Assembly (NCBI GenBank): GCA_012026655.1
Contig: JAAILG010000206.1
Coordinates: forward strand, 1 to 64,000
DNA length: 64,000 nt
Direction: 5' to 3'
From: Hydrolagus affinis
Taxonomy: Eukaryota
Shown: in pieces, positions 62,608 to 64,000 of the stretch
Position numbering within the stretch: the stretch's first letter is position 1
Layout of the letters: every line of letters begins with the position of its first letter
Notes under the pieces: generated by a model
Told to the model about the DNA's origin: nothing
Database searches by the model: none
Seen by the model: only the letters and a program-made list of their open reading frames with translations
Position numbers and translations under genes: made by a program

Positions 62608-64000
62608 AGCACAATGCTTCATTCATTCTAATCATTCCCAAGATAATGCAACTACGATATTTCATTGTAGTGAGTGAATTTGTTCAGAGGTGTTGACTTT
62701 TACGAAATGATTTATGTCAACAGGGACCGATTTCTGGCAATCCCATCTCCCAATGAGAAACACAGTGTATGTTTGTTAGAACAATGTCTTTGGGAGGCAT
62801 TCAAGGAGATGATTGCAGGAGGGAGTTATATAAGGAGGAGTTTCTGAGGTTTGTTGACTTCAAGTTGCTGTGAGATTCCATTCTAGCTAGAGACAGTATT
62901 TTATCCTCCACAAACCAGACCCAAGAGGTAAACAAAACACACATTAGCAAGCAGTAGTTTACAAAAATTTATGGCCTCATCTTCATAAACTCTCCACATC
63001 TGTGGAACTTTTGGGTTAATGAGTCTCTCGTAAACCACTAGTTCCTGATTTGTGTTCCCTGTTTGACTGCAGCAAGTGTAAACACATTCCAGTGGCTGAT
63101 AGCACTGTCTGACATTGCCCTCTCTCTCTCTTCTAAACAATCATTGTTTGTTCATTGTTTCCAGTCGGCAAAGTTATCTGATCTGCATTTCCCCAATTGC
63201 TTGCTCGTTACGATCTTGTATAAAAAAACTTAATTTTGGGTGGGAGAAGTGGAAATTTGATTAGAAACTGGAAAAACCGTAGATTTTTCCAAGCTCCTAC
63301 AATTTCATTTCCTTAATGTTACTGGCTCCAGGGCTCATTGCAACAAATGTGGCACAGAACATAATTAGTAGCAAAGCTGGAAAGAGCAGCACGACAGTAT
63401 CAACCTTTGCTAAGGCTTTGGGCTTACTGCTGAAAGAGCTGTAATTTGGCTACGAGCAGTAGAGTGAAAATAATGCTTGATCCTAAGCAGTTTCACTCAT
63501 CACTAAGACAGACTCTGCACATACACAATTAGGCACATGCACAGTCCTGCAAAGTGGTGTTATTTTTCATGTTATTGAAGAGCTATCAGGATTAAATGAC
63601 TGCAAAGAAATTACAACCATACTCAAAAAATTAAATGGTAGGTTGGAGGGACTATATGAATGGACTGAAGGCTCATTATTGTATCTACTGTTTTTATATT
63701 TTAATTAATTTTACTCAACTCCAAATAATTGTGTTTATTTCAACTTCTGAGAGCTAATACCTCGAGCAGGATTTTGGATCAGAAGACAATGTTTTTAAGT
63801 TTTCTGCTGTTTAGACATGGGGAGAACTGACATTTTGTCACAAATGCTCTCAATGGATTAAAGAATAATAATCATAGTGTATGAATCTCACATTTTGTGT
63901 CTAGTTATAAAAAGAGAATCCTTTTTATATTGCCAATTAAACAATATTTCCAAAGAAGTGTTCTACAAATTATAGAGATGTGAAACTCAAAGAGAACAAA

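Noticed and set aside
61047-64000. Further collagen exons or a promoter
   Set aside because: No Gly-X-Y segment with splice sites was found. This is intron, and the upstream exons lie beyond the window.

Overview
Vertebrate genomic DNA, AT-rich and intron-dominated. The repeat content (tRNA-head/Deu-core/L2-tail SINEs, CR1 and L2 fragments) suggests a cartilaginous fish, possibly a chimaera; this is an inference. The whole window lies inside one minus-strand clade-C fibrillar collagen gene that I call COL24A1. I read 41 consecutive GT-AG, phase-0 exons between 61046 and 811. They total 2427 nt (809 aa) of Gly-X-Y with no stop or frameshift and follow the order of the human COL24A1 helix as I recall it, including the diagnostic 4-residue imperfection ([13 protein letters not shown]; human GYPGED-STVL-GPP). 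The gene start and C-propeptide lie outside the window. The most unusual signals are three extra helix defects. Two Gly positions in adjacent exons are both encoded as CAA-AGC (Ser) and would revert to Gly by a single A-to-I edit, and one 111-nt exon carries an extra residue (G-V-K-R-G). Also notable are a perfect 61-bp direct repeat bracketing one exon, a perfect 23-bp inverted repeat, and a young CpG-rich DNA-transposon end nested in a SINE. The ORF-track entries are repeat fragments, exon read-through or noise. Orthologue comparisons are from memory and no searches were run.
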